DNA of 64,000 nt, taken from positions 207,762,001-207,826,000 of the forward strand of contig NC_091473.1 in assembly GCF_036971445.1 (NCBI RefSeq), read 5' to 3'. Below are positions 28,301 to 39,129 of this stretch, in pieces (the first letter of the stretch is position 1; each line of letters opens with the position of its first letter). The translations under genes were made by a program, and so were the position numbers. The notes under the pieces were generated by a model. The model saw nothing but the letters and a program-made list of their open reading frames with translations, made no database searches and was not told the DNA's origin. Source of the DNA: Narcine bancroftii (Eukaryota).

Positions 28301-29580
28301 GTCCCAGAACCTCCCCTTCACCACACAAGAGGTCTAGACCATGACTGAGTCATGCGGGGTCTGTGCAAAGTGCAAACGGCACTGATTCTGCCTGCCACAG
28401 GCCCACGTCATCAAGGCCACTCAGCCCTTCGAATGGCTGAGCCTCGACTTCAAGGGCCCCCTTCCACGAACAACAGTGTCTACTTCTTTGCGGTCGTAGA
28501 CGAATACTCCTGTTTTCCCTTTGCCATCCCTTGCCCTGACACCTCTACAGCCACCATTATCAGGGCTCTGACGTAGCTAATCACAATGTTCTGACACCCG
28601 ACATTCATCTACGCTAATCAGGGGTCTGGCTTCATGAGTGAGGAGCTACGCCAGCATCTAGTATCGTGAGAAATTGTGACTCGTCATACAACTAGTTATA
28701 ACCCGAGGGTGAAGCGTCACAACGGGGTGATCTGTAAGGCAGTCCTCCTGGCCCTGTGGTCCAAAGGCTGCTCTATTGATTACTGGCAAGAGGCCCTCCA
28801 TGGCATTAGGTCGCTCTTGTGCACAGACCCCTCACGAGCTCCTTTTCTCATTCCCCAGGAAATCAGTGACTGGAATCTCATTCCCAGCTAGGCTCACATC
28901 TCTGCGACCGGTGCTCGAGCAGGTGCTCCTCATCCACATCAACTACACTTACGCCTATATCAGGTACCCCATTGGCCATGAGGACACCATCTTGACCAGG
29001 GATCTGGCACCAGCGGGGGCCCCAAACCCCCCCCCCCCCCAGCATCATGACATCATGATTACCTGACCCAAGCACACCACTCTGGGTAGTCTTGGCCTAT
29101 CTAGGAGCCAAACCACTCCCTCCCCCCCTCCAGCGAACCCCACTCCAGTTGGACCACACCTACCTCGCCACCCCCTGTTGACAGATGTGCAAATAGACAC
29201 CACGCTGCCCACACAGACGCCTGCCACGGTTACGCTCAACCCAGCCAGCCTCCGGCAACATCCACATGCTCGCCAACTTTTGACCAGGAACCACGGTTCC
29301 AGAGACTCCGATGTCTAAATTTGTAAATATCACCCGGCATCGTTCCACATGCATACCCCCAGGCCACCTGGCTGGCTGTCAATCAGCTGGCTGACCTGAA
29401 TAGACCTCCTGGGGGCTGACTCCACCTGGCCAGCTGTCAATCAGCTTACTTGACTATAAACTGAGCTGGTCCCTCCCTGAGCCAGAAGCCTTGAACTGTG
29501 TTCAGACTTTTACTGGAATAATGCCTTTCCTCCAATCTTTCGAGTTTTGTGCTTGCTTGCTGCTACCTCAGTGCACCACA
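25341..29580 (+). mobile_element. Gypsy LTR retrotransposon, decayed (5' LTR 25341-25588; partial 3' LTR about 29355-29580)
   Basis: Paired LTR text (gggggctgactccacctggc...gttcagacttt...cctcagtgc.ccaca); gag, protease (CLSDSG), RT (IDLKSAYHQ, PFG, YLDY), RNase H (FQVECDASD), integrase (VDEYS.FPFAIPC); no clean TSD. Confidence 0.9.
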
Positions 29581-29805
29581 CCAGTATGACCCTCTTTCTG
29601 GTTGGGCTATCCACACACTTGTTAATGAAACTCTCCCACAGTCACATAACAAATTCTGCCCCACCTAGACCTCTGGTGCTAAGCACGTCCCAGTCAATAA
29701 TGGTGAGATTAATGTCTCCCACTGTGACAATCCCATTACTTCTGCAGCTACCTATAAATTTAATCCCTACCTGTTCCCCCTTCCTCCTACTGATTACGGA
29801 GAGGC
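29581..29805 (-). mobile_element. Old CR1 fragment
   Basis: Reverse strand resembles the GDFN...IDW...EFV endonuclease segment of CR1. Confidence 0.45.
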
Positions 29806-29813
29806 CCACGGTG

Positions 29814-30175
29814 ATTCAGATTTCAGATTTATTGTCAGAGAGTACACACATGACATCACATACAACCCTGAGATTTCTTTTTCCTGCAGGCATGGTAGAA
29901 TTATCAATAACTGGAAGTGCATAAATAAGGTGTGCACAGTATAAAACAAAGATCTGTATCTAGATAACGAATGTCAACAAAGTTACTGTGCAATACAGAG
30001 AGAATAAAAAGAAAATCAACAAAGTGTACAATCCTTAAATGAGTCTCTGATTGAGTTTGTCATTGGGGAGTCTGATGGTGGAGCGGTAGCGGCTGTTCCT
30101 GAACCTGGTGGTGCGAGTCTTGTGGCACCTGTACGTCTTTCCTGATGGCAACAGCGAGAACAGATCGTGTGCTGG
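29814..30175 (-). mobile_element. Rex1/Babar-like LINE 3' end
   Basis: HDLFSLLPSGKTYRCHKTRTTRFRNS...IRL C-terminus, then AATAAA and (tctgaa)n-like tail on the minus strand. Confidence 0.75.
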
Positions 30176-30199
30176 ATTAAAGCCTGTAGTGAAGCCTTT

Positions 30200-32075
30200 T
30201 CTGTGTTTTGTTTCTGCTTGCTGCACCACAGGGCACCACATGCTGCAACAGTGGGTGGATCACCAATGGTGGCTACTCGCTTTCTTCAGCAAACACATCC
30301 GACCACCCGAGTTGAAGTACAGTGCTTTTGATCACGAACTGCTGGCAATGTACCTGGCCATACGCCATTTCTGGTGCATCCTCAAAGACCGAGTGTTGAC
30401 GGCCTACAGGGACCACAAGCTGCTGGGTAAAGTCTGGAACCCCTGGTCAGTAAGGCCTTTCATACATCTTTCATACTTTTCATACATCTCTGAATCTACA
30501 ATGGACATCCGCCACGTAGCGGGGAAGTCCGACTTGGTACCTGATGCACTGTCCAGGCCAACAATTTTCAAGGTGACAGGTGCATCGACACAGCTCAGCT
30601 CGCCAGGGACCAGGCTGAAGATGCTGACGCATAGACATACCATACCGCCATCACCAGCCTACAAATTGAAGAGTTTGCACTGGACCCAGGAGGCCCAACA
30701 TTCCTGTGTGATAAGTCTACAGGCTACCCTAGGTCAATCCTGCCCGCAACCTGGAGACAGCAAGTATTCAATCAAGTACATGGACTCTCTCATCCTTCCA
30801 TCCAGTCAACAGTGTGCCTCATATCGGACAGGTTTGTATGGCATGGGCATCGGCACGAAGTTTCCCTTTGGGCAAAAACCTGTGTACAATGCCAGTGAGC
30901 CAAAGTCCATCAGCACACTAAAGGCCCAATGCAACGTTTCCTGCCTGAGGTGGACAGGTTTGACCACATGCACGTGGACATTGTAGGGCCCCTTCCCATC
31001 AGCCAGGTGATGAAGTACCTTTTCATCGTGGTTGACCGCTTTACACGCTGGCCAGAGACGGTGCCCTTGTCGGACTGTGACACGGAGACCTCTGTGAGGG
31101 CCATTACCTCACAGTGGGTTGCTCATTTTGGTGTCCCTTCCCACATAACTTTGGACCAGGGAGCCCAGTTTACCTCAGGGCGACAATGGCCAAATTCTGC
31201 GGCAGCGAGCTACACCACATAACTGCCTATCAACCCCAATCCAATGGGCTGGTAAAGCTGTTTCACCGCCACCTAAAAGCAGCCATCAAATGACAGCTGC
31301 ATGGGCCCAACTGGATGGATGAACTCCCATGGGTCCTGCTGGGCATCCGCACAGTGCGGCGGAAATGGTCTACAGCGCACCGCTCTCAATCCCAGGCAAC
31401 GCCCATTTCAGCTCCACGGTACCACCACCGAATACCCTGGACGTCCTACAGCGGCTGAGGAACCACAGCGCCTACCCATGTCTGCATCCTACCACCACCC
31501 ACGGGACGCCAACCAGCCACGTCCCACAAGAACTCAAAGGCACGGATATTGTCTTTGTAAGACACGGCAAACCAGGTACCTCCCTGCAGTGCCCTTATAA
31601 AGGCCTTTCAAGATACTGAGAAGGGAGGGGGGTGTATATGCTCTAGAAATTGAAGGCAGGCACGACATGTTTACAAGAAAGCCCACTTGGACTGTTCAGA
31701 GCCTTTCCCTGCCTCTACACTATGGCTCTGGGTACACCTGCCAAAGACAATCTCCCAAACCTCACCCAAAGAGGTGTGGGGGTGGGGGGGGGGGGGACAG
31801 TGTGTGTAGTGGGCTGGGTTGCTGTAGTGAACAGCCAGAGCAGCAGGGCACAGGGCTTTCCCCCCACCCCCCACCGCGCAGAGGTTCCAGGCTGCAGCAG
31901 CGCATTGTCGGGGAACGGCCAAGCCTCACAGCAGTATGATGACATCACTCCTGTGAGCCTGTCTCCTCCCTGAAAAAGGAAGCTGCGTGGTTTGAATAAA
32001 CGGCAGTTACTGGTTTACTTGCTTGGTGCAGACAGCATTTATTTCAGTAGCTCTGCCTTTGGCAGTGCGACACAC
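30200..32075 (+). mobile_element. Second Gypsy family: RNase H-integrase remnant plus 3' LTR (about 31805-32075)
   Basis: LAFFSK...YSAFDHELLAMYLAIRHF, HVDIVGPLP, VDRFTRWPE, DQGAQFTS; G-rich PPT then a segment containing AATAAA. Confidence 0.85.
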
Positions 32076-32104
32076 AGTCTTTTTTACATGGGGGAGGGAC
32101 GACT

Positions 32105-32385
32105 TCTGAGGAAAGATTTTAAACGTACCTGAAGAACAACTTTCTTGCTGTGCATTTGGAACGTGTTGCCAGTGGAAGTGGTAGAGGTGCGTACCATTGT
32201 AAAATTTAAAATATCCATATATGTTGGCATATAAGATGGTAATTGAATCTTAAAAATGTCACGCCAAAACCAGGGGTCATCTTGTGCACCAAGAATAATA
32301 TCTGAACCTTAAAACTCCTACCGTCCTACCAGTAAATAATTTTTTCCTGAACCTTGTGTTTGAGAAGCTGGATTAATAGTAAAGA
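32105..32385. repeat. Duplicated segment (paralog at about 10290-10545)
   Basis: Shared tacctgaag...tttcttgctgtg.atttggaac.tgttgcc.gtggaagtgg and ctcctac.gtcctacca.taaata. Confidence 0.75.
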
Positions 32386-32972
32386 TATATTTAAACAATA
32401 AAAATATAATAAACCTGCCAAACAAACCTTACAACAGCACAGAAAAATGAAGTGAACAGCATTAACCAGTGGCTGTTAGCAACAACTGACGATCCATTCG
32501 CCCAGTCTGACTACCATTGACTTAAAACATCCTGTTAAAGGAGACAATGGTGGTTTCTTTTAAAATATGTTAATAAAATTTAAACCTTTGCTGGGTAATA
32601 TGCTTTTAAAATATTGTTTCAGCATTACTCCTCTGGTCAGTGGTATGTTTGGTCAAGGACTATTGGGCAATAAGCCCTCAGTGGAAAGTGCCAGACTTGA
32701 AGTTGTCTTGTATGCTACCTCGACACCAACATTTTAGGTGGAAATACTGGGGGTTATCTGATACATGACTCGTCTTATATGCTGACATATATGGTTCTCA
32801 GAAAGTGTGTGGACAAGAAATTCTTTGATGGATATGGCTGAATATAGGAACATTGGAATAAATGGGGCAGACAATTGGGTCGGCAGGGCTAAATTGGGCA
32901 TTGAAGTCTGTTTCAGTGCTTTAAAGCTCCATGACTCTGTCTTGCTTGTGAAATTCTAGGGTGAACGATTTG

Positions 32973-32980
32973 ATTTGCAT
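32973..32980. promoter_or_regulatory. Consensus octamer ATTTGCAT about 4 kb 3' of TM2
   Basis: Exact match outside any element I can recognise; chance occurrence is plausible. Confidence 0.25.
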
Positions 32981-34277
32981 ATTTTGGAATAGAAAGGTAT
33001 GTTTGGTACATCAATTCAATGTCATCCTTCGAATCATTTGGAACAGTCACGTTGCCCCTCTTAATTCATCTAAATTCCCTCTCAGTTGCCCATCATCCTT
33101 CACTGATTCTTCTTGGTTCAAGATATAATGTACAGAATCAAATTAGCTGGCAGCAGGTCTCTGGTTTATGTGGGAGGAAATCGGGGCAACTGGTTAACCC
33201 TCACACAGTCACATGCAGATTCCACCCAATTCGCACTCAGGGTCATATCTGAATCCAGATGACTGCATCAGCCACTGCAACTCAATCCTGGGACGGTCCC
33301 TTCTTTGAGAATCTCCATCCTGGAAAATTCCAATCCTATGACACATCGTCTTGGGAATAATCTCACCCCCGTGAGACTCCATCCTGAGAATAATCCTCCC
33401 CTGTCCAACGCCATCTCAGTACACTCGCATGCTGTGAAATTCCATGCTAGAAATATTTGATTTTGCAGAGGACTGGATGACTCGACCTGTCAAGTCGGTG
33501 GTGATTCACAGATCATTCCTTTCTGTTGCTTTCTCCCTTCTATTTCCCGTTCACTGTTCTCTCTCCCACTCTCCAACAACCCCTCACTGCTCTGGCATTT
33601 ATCTGAATTGGCATCAATTTTCTATCACCAATGAGCCCACCAGCATATCTTGGAGATCAATTCTGCACAGTTGGGGAATAAAGGGTCCTGGGGTAAGTTG
33701 GAAAGTGAAGTCCATGCCTGATCAGCCATGATATATGTAAATGGCAGAGCATTCTCGACGGGCTGGATGGCCTGATCCTGCTCCAGTTCTCATGTGTGAA
33801 GATCCTTCAGCATCCAGGAAAACAATAACATCACGTGGAGAATGTGTGGAGAAAAATTCAAAGTCTCTTGGTCACTGAAACTGTGCCACAGCAGCACTAA
33901 CTGCTGCAGTGCTCTGCGCCTACTCTGTGAATTCTATCTGCCCTTTGAACCTCCAACTGGGAATATCCCCATCATGTGAAACACCCTGGTGACAATATCC
34001 CTGCTTTGTGAAATTCCACCTGCATGGAAAAACACCAATTCCTCCAATTTACTGCCTCCCTCCTCCCTCCCTCCCCACTGTGGACTGGGCAGAAGTTGAT
34101 TTTCACAACTTGGCTCCACTTTGTACAAACAGAGTGTCTGATTCATTGGCTGAGAGGAGCTGAAACACAAAAACAGGAAACAGAATTTGAGGCCATATTT
34201 GTGAGCAAGGATGTCTTTAAAATACACCGGAAGATTAGCCGTTCTTATGCACAGTGGGAGAGGAGATGGCAGGTTAA

Positions 34278-35560
34278 TGTTCAGAGCTGATACTTGTGGA
34301 GAGGAGCAGAGGCCAGTAGCCTGGTAAGGTCCTTCTTTGTTCCACTTCCTGGGTTTGTCGATGGCTAAATTATGAGGGTGGGAGGGAGTCTGGTTGCTCA
34401 GTGACAGGTGTTGTTTGTTGGCTGCTGACACCACGCTGCTGTGAAAGATGGAAGGAAGTTGACAAAGTGTCATAGGTGCACAAGGTGGGGAGGGGTGGGG
34501 AGTGAGAGGGAGGACATTGGGGAGAAATCTATTATTAACCAGGAAAAAAACGGAGGAAACGTACAAAAAGGAGTGATTTGAAGTGGAAGGCAGAGGGGAG
34601 CTGAGTGCATGGATCAGGAGAGAGAAAGAGGGAGCACGAGGAAGTGGAGGGAATGAAGGCGTAGAATGGCAGATACACCAACATGATTTTTAATTTACTG
34701 GATGTCATAAAGAAACTGCATGATTTGGGCACAAGTTCCAGTCAAACAGCAGCTGGGAGGTCAAAGTTCATTCCATTAAATGTGTGGAATGAAGGGCCTG
34801 TGTCAGTGGTTTTGACATTTTAAAAGAAATTGGATTTTAAATCTGACACTGACAGGCTTCAGTGACGATTATCTGCTGACTTTACCTGGCCTGATCTGTA
34901 CATGACTCCAGACACCGCAGTGCAGTAGCTGATCGTTTGCTGTGAACTGGCACAGTGAGCCACCCAGTTCAAGAGCCATTAGGGATGGAAACAAATACTG
35001 GACCTCTCCACATCTTATGAATGAAGAAATAAATGTCACGCATTTTTATACTGTGATATGACTGATCCACCTCGATGTTTTCTTCTATGTTGGGGCGGAA
35101 TGGTCGGCGGAGTGATTAGCTCAACTCTATTGTGGCACCAGTGGCCTGGTTTGACTCCGGCACTGTCCGTCAGGAGTTTGTATGTTCACCCCACATCTTT
35201 GTGGGGTTCCTCCGGGTCCTCTGGTTTACTTGCACCCTTCAAAACATGTGGATGTTTAGCAATAACATAAGGGGTACCGGAAGTGCCTGTTTCCGTGCTG
35301 TCCTTATGTTTAAATTTAATAGATCTATCCCATTGGATTGGGATTGATTCCTGATCTAAATTGCAATGTAATTAATTCATTGTTATGTAATTTAATGACT
35401 GTTTCATTGTTTCCATGGAAACAGGATGGACAAATTGTTTTCATCTGTATAACTGGCTGTGGATGGTTTACCCATGGGGCAGGTCATCTCCACCAAGTCC
35501 TGTTCCAAGGTCAGATTCACCCTTTGTTTGTTCCTGTGATTTATTCCCCCAGGATCTGAG
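34278..35560. repeat. Locally duplicated non-coding block (paralogs at 12791-13719 plus 23600-24215, and partially 10727-10940)
   Basis: Collinear matches such as ggttgctcagtgaca, ccattaaatgtgtggaatgaa-like text, ttggattttaaatctgacactgaca and the 49-bp identical core. Confidence 0.9.
35090..35320 (+). mobile_element. tRNA-derived SINE (paralog of 23685-23915)
   Basis: Same body, same position within the duplicated block. Confidence 0.65.
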
Positions 35561-36888
35561 TTCAGGCCATAATCCACACCCACCTGCTCTGCACTTTGGG
35601 TTTTGGGGACTGAGATTCTCTCCCAATAGGTTATTTTTGGTGCAGTCTCTCAAATCTTATCCAGGTATAAATTATGAACCATGGGCATTTGTCTGGGGTC
35701 ACATTGTGAATTTGATCCTCTTCATTTTCTAAAATAACTGATATTCTTGTATGAATTGTTTCTCATACATGGGAATCAGACCATTCTCCAAGATAAAACA
35801 TATGTCCCTCATGACGTTGGATGAGGAGATTAATTATATTCACATCATTAAAATCATGTTGCCTTGCCCTGTGCTAACTGATCTCTATCTGTAACGTTGC
35901 TCTTATACTGTGTTTTACTTGCTGTACAATCTACGAAATGACCAGCTGGACTGTTTGCAAAAAAAGCTTTCTCAGTGCACTTCAGGGCATGTGCCAATAA
36001 AGTAACTTGTGTCTTCATAATTAACTGTGCCATCTGGCCCTAGGCCGGGGTCTGCTGTTTCCTGTTATCTGCAATTTCAGAGGTGACCCCATGACTAGGT
36101 GTATTCTTCCCGTATCTCATCCTGGTGCATTCATTTCCAAAATGCCTGCCCCTTGGACTTAGTTCACTTGCATCAGATGCTGGTGTTTATTACCCACATA
36201 TGTGTGATGTCCTGCTCTATTCTTGGTTGCTATTAATCCTGACGCTGTCCATGCATTGTCGTGCTCTCCTCAGCGTCCTTCTTGGGATGCAATGCCCCGA
36301 TGTTTCCACTGTGGGAAATCCCTTATGAATGTGAGCAGTGAGAATGTGATGACATTCAAACATTACAAGCTGCAAATCTCTGTGATATTTGTTCTGGGGG
36401 GTGTCCACTTGCTAGCTGGAAATGGTGGTAGGTGAACTAACTCCCAGATGTGGTGAGGGAATTAAGATGGGACAGGTATTTTTTTTTCACTTTAATCATC
36501 CATTTTTTAATATATCTGATTTTAAATCAAAACATACACTCCAGCAAAAAACTGAAAAATAAGCCACAGGCAATGATTTCAACAACAACTTATTTACAAA
36601 AGTCGACATACCAAGACCCCAAGCACTGACCCACCCTCCACCACGTTGCTTCAAACTCCTCTCCTGTCCCCAGATCACTTTCCTGCTCCACAATATCAAT
36701 ACACCCTCTCCCTCTGCCCTCTTCATTGTCACTGGCCCCACTTGCATTCCCAAAAATTAAACCTGCCTGCCTCTCCCCACCCATCCACTGTCACACACCC
36801 TGACATTTTCCCACTGCTATGACCCCTCCTGTCCCTCCCTCCCTCTCCCAACCCAATTCTTTTCCAGGATCCCCAGTGCATAGAAAGG

Positions 36889-36894
36889 TTTATT
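36889..36894 (-). terminator. Candidate polyadenylation signal of the membrane transcript
   Basis: AATAAA on the minus strand about 125 nt after the TM2 stop codon. Confidence 0.5.
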
Positions 36895-37019
36895 TCCTGA
36901 AATGAGCGTTGCAGTGCAGTAGCCTAGGATTGCTGAGGGAATGAGAGGGAGAATCCATTTCGGAACATCAGCAGCTTCACCGGGATTTCCTGACGGAAGG
37001 TGGTGCGTGTATCCGTTGG

Positions 37020-37031
37020 TCATTGCTGTAC
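37020..37031 (-). CDS. IgW: IgW TM2 exon (cytoplasmic VQQ*)
   Basis: Pyrimidine-rich acceptor ctcacttctctgtccacattccAG followed by GTA CAG CAA TGA, phase 0, 606-nt intron from the TM1 donor; same layout as IgM TM1/TM2 (K|VK). Confidence 0.72.
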   Translation of the reverse strand, partial: VQQ

Positions 37032-37637
37032 CTGGAATGTGGACAGAGAAGTGAGATATTGTGTTTTGTAAGAGGCAGCACAGACCATGACCTGGAAGGA
37101 TGGGTAAAATAAATAAAGGGGACTGTCCTTATTCGAGGAGACGGACCCTCCGAGACGGGTGGTTCCCCCCTTTTCTAGGACCCTCCTGGTTAAGGGGTCT
37201 GTCACACTTGCAGATAATGGATCCCATGGGAAAATGGTCTATTTTTCTTCTAGGAGATGGTTCCTCACGGACAGGTGGTCTCTCAACATTCTCTGAGGAG
37301 GTCCCTAAAGGAGCAGCAGTCTGAAGCCCAGTTGGGGTCTGAAGTGAGATCTGCCCTCGGGCTCAGGTTTTCGGAGCAGAGATCTTCCTTGTTCACATGA
37401 ACACAACTCTTGTTTGATTTCAATGCTGGAGCCCAGGATCATTGTCCCAAACACTCAGCAACGTTCTGTCACATTTGCTATGTCAAAGCCCAGTAATGTC
37501 CCAGGGTTGTGCAGGCCCCCCGACTGCATCCGCTGTTGATTGTGCTATAGTTGGGATTCGAAAATCCGAGAACACAATGTAGTGAGAAATGGAAGCTGGG
37601 CTTCATGGGTTATCTCTGATATTGGTCATTTGGTTAC

Positions 37638-37780
37638 CTTGACCACAGTGACAAAGGTGCTGTAGAGGAAACTGATAATGAACAGAATGGCGAAGGCAGC
37701 AACTGTAAGCACGTTGTCATCTCCATCCAACTCTCCTGGTTCTTCCTTTCCTTCCTCTCCTATCAATTCAGTGCAGGCTT
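37638..37780 (-). CDS. IgW: IgW transmembrane exon TM1
   Basis: Acceptor tcttgatcactgcAG in phase 1, compatible with the CH4-type donor: EACTELIGEEGKEEPGELDGDDNVLTVAAFAILFIISFLYSTFVTVVK. Acidic spacer plus antigen-receptor CART-like motif (F..LF..S..YST.VT); donor AAG|GTAACC. Confidence 0.92.
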
Positions 37781-39129
37781 CTGCAGTGATCAAGAAAGCA
37801 GGAAAGTTAGTTTCCCACATATGTTTCATGAAGACCAACAACGTCTCAATAAAATGAAGACAGCAAGAGGACATGAGCCATTTCATGAGGTTGTGGATGA
37901 TCTGGAACCAATTGTGTTATCTGACTTTACCATTAAAACCTTGGGTCAGCAAAAATTCCAGAATCTCAGTGTGAAAATAACCTTTGGATCTAGCATCGAT
38001 TGCGTCCTTGTAAAACGGTGTGAACATATCTGTAAAACTCTTCCCTCCAAAATGTCTGAGGGACAAATGTGAGACCTGAATTGCATTAAAGTGAGAAAAA
38101 AGTTGCAGGACTGACATTCACTTTTTTTGGAGGATGGAGTTCTCTGTTCAGACAAAGTTCTGAACCTTAGAGCGATGAAAAAACATGAGCAAGTTCAAGG
38201 TGGAACTTTGGCCCAGTCACTGTTCCCACTCATTGCTGAATGAAGCACAATATCTTCTCCAAAAGCAGGGCAGGCATTCTCCACATGAAGAAGCAGCTAT
38301 TTCAAAGGATATGGAGTTTGTTCTCTGTTATTTCAACCTACAATTCATTGGCATATTCCAGGGGTCCCTGGAGGTACTTTCTGGAAGCAGGTTTGCATTC
38401 ACGACAAGTGCAGCTTCTGAAGTACCATGGAAGCTTATGGAATTCTGAAGACACAGCCTGTTGAATGACTTGAATTACAAAATTACCTGGGAGGGTAACA
38501 GAGCCAGGACAGTAACTGTGGTTTTGGAAACTGCGCTTACTCGGTCTATAACTGATAACACCGAGTGGCTGTTTGAATCACTTCCCATCCAGCAGCCGAT
38601 GACGAGCCGGCTCCTAGAAAGGCAGGACGCTGCTGAACAAAATTTTGATTTGCCTGTATTGTTGAATGACAGAATCCCAGTGGACACTCATTATGATTAC
38701 TCCATTAACTTTGTTTTTACCATATGGTTTTCAGCGAATTCCGGAACCATAAATGGAACGAGAGAGTGGCGACCTTTTGCTATGCCTGGATAGCATGCAA
38801 AACAGTTTTTAAACTGCATCTTGGTGCACAGAACAATAAAAAATACACGAAATCAATGAAACAAAAAAAAATAATGTCTTCTAATTATCTCTGTCATTTT
38901 CCTTTAACATCCTGAAAACATTGAATGTGTCTTCCTTCAGCTTTCCAGATTTCAGAGAATACACCATCATTTAACTATCTCACCTTGTAATTTACCCGTG
39001 AGGGTCCAGGTCTGTCCAGCTGGAATTTCCTGTCCTGGTTGTGGTATCCAAACTGCTCAGTACTGTACACGTGTTCTAACCTACAGCATAACTCTCCCCC
39101 TTGCTGTCCTGTCCTCCTGATATAAAGAA

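Noticed and set aside
34130-34175. RSS-like cagagtg ... acaaaaaca
   Set aside because: The spacer is 30 nt rather than 12 or 23, the CAC is broken and no V, D or J segment is adjacent.
38984-39080. Possible extra exon ending in the donor AAG|GTGAGA between C4' and TM1
   Set aside because: No pyrimidine tract at the acceptor, phases do not fit TM1 and the peptide resembles nothing I recognise.
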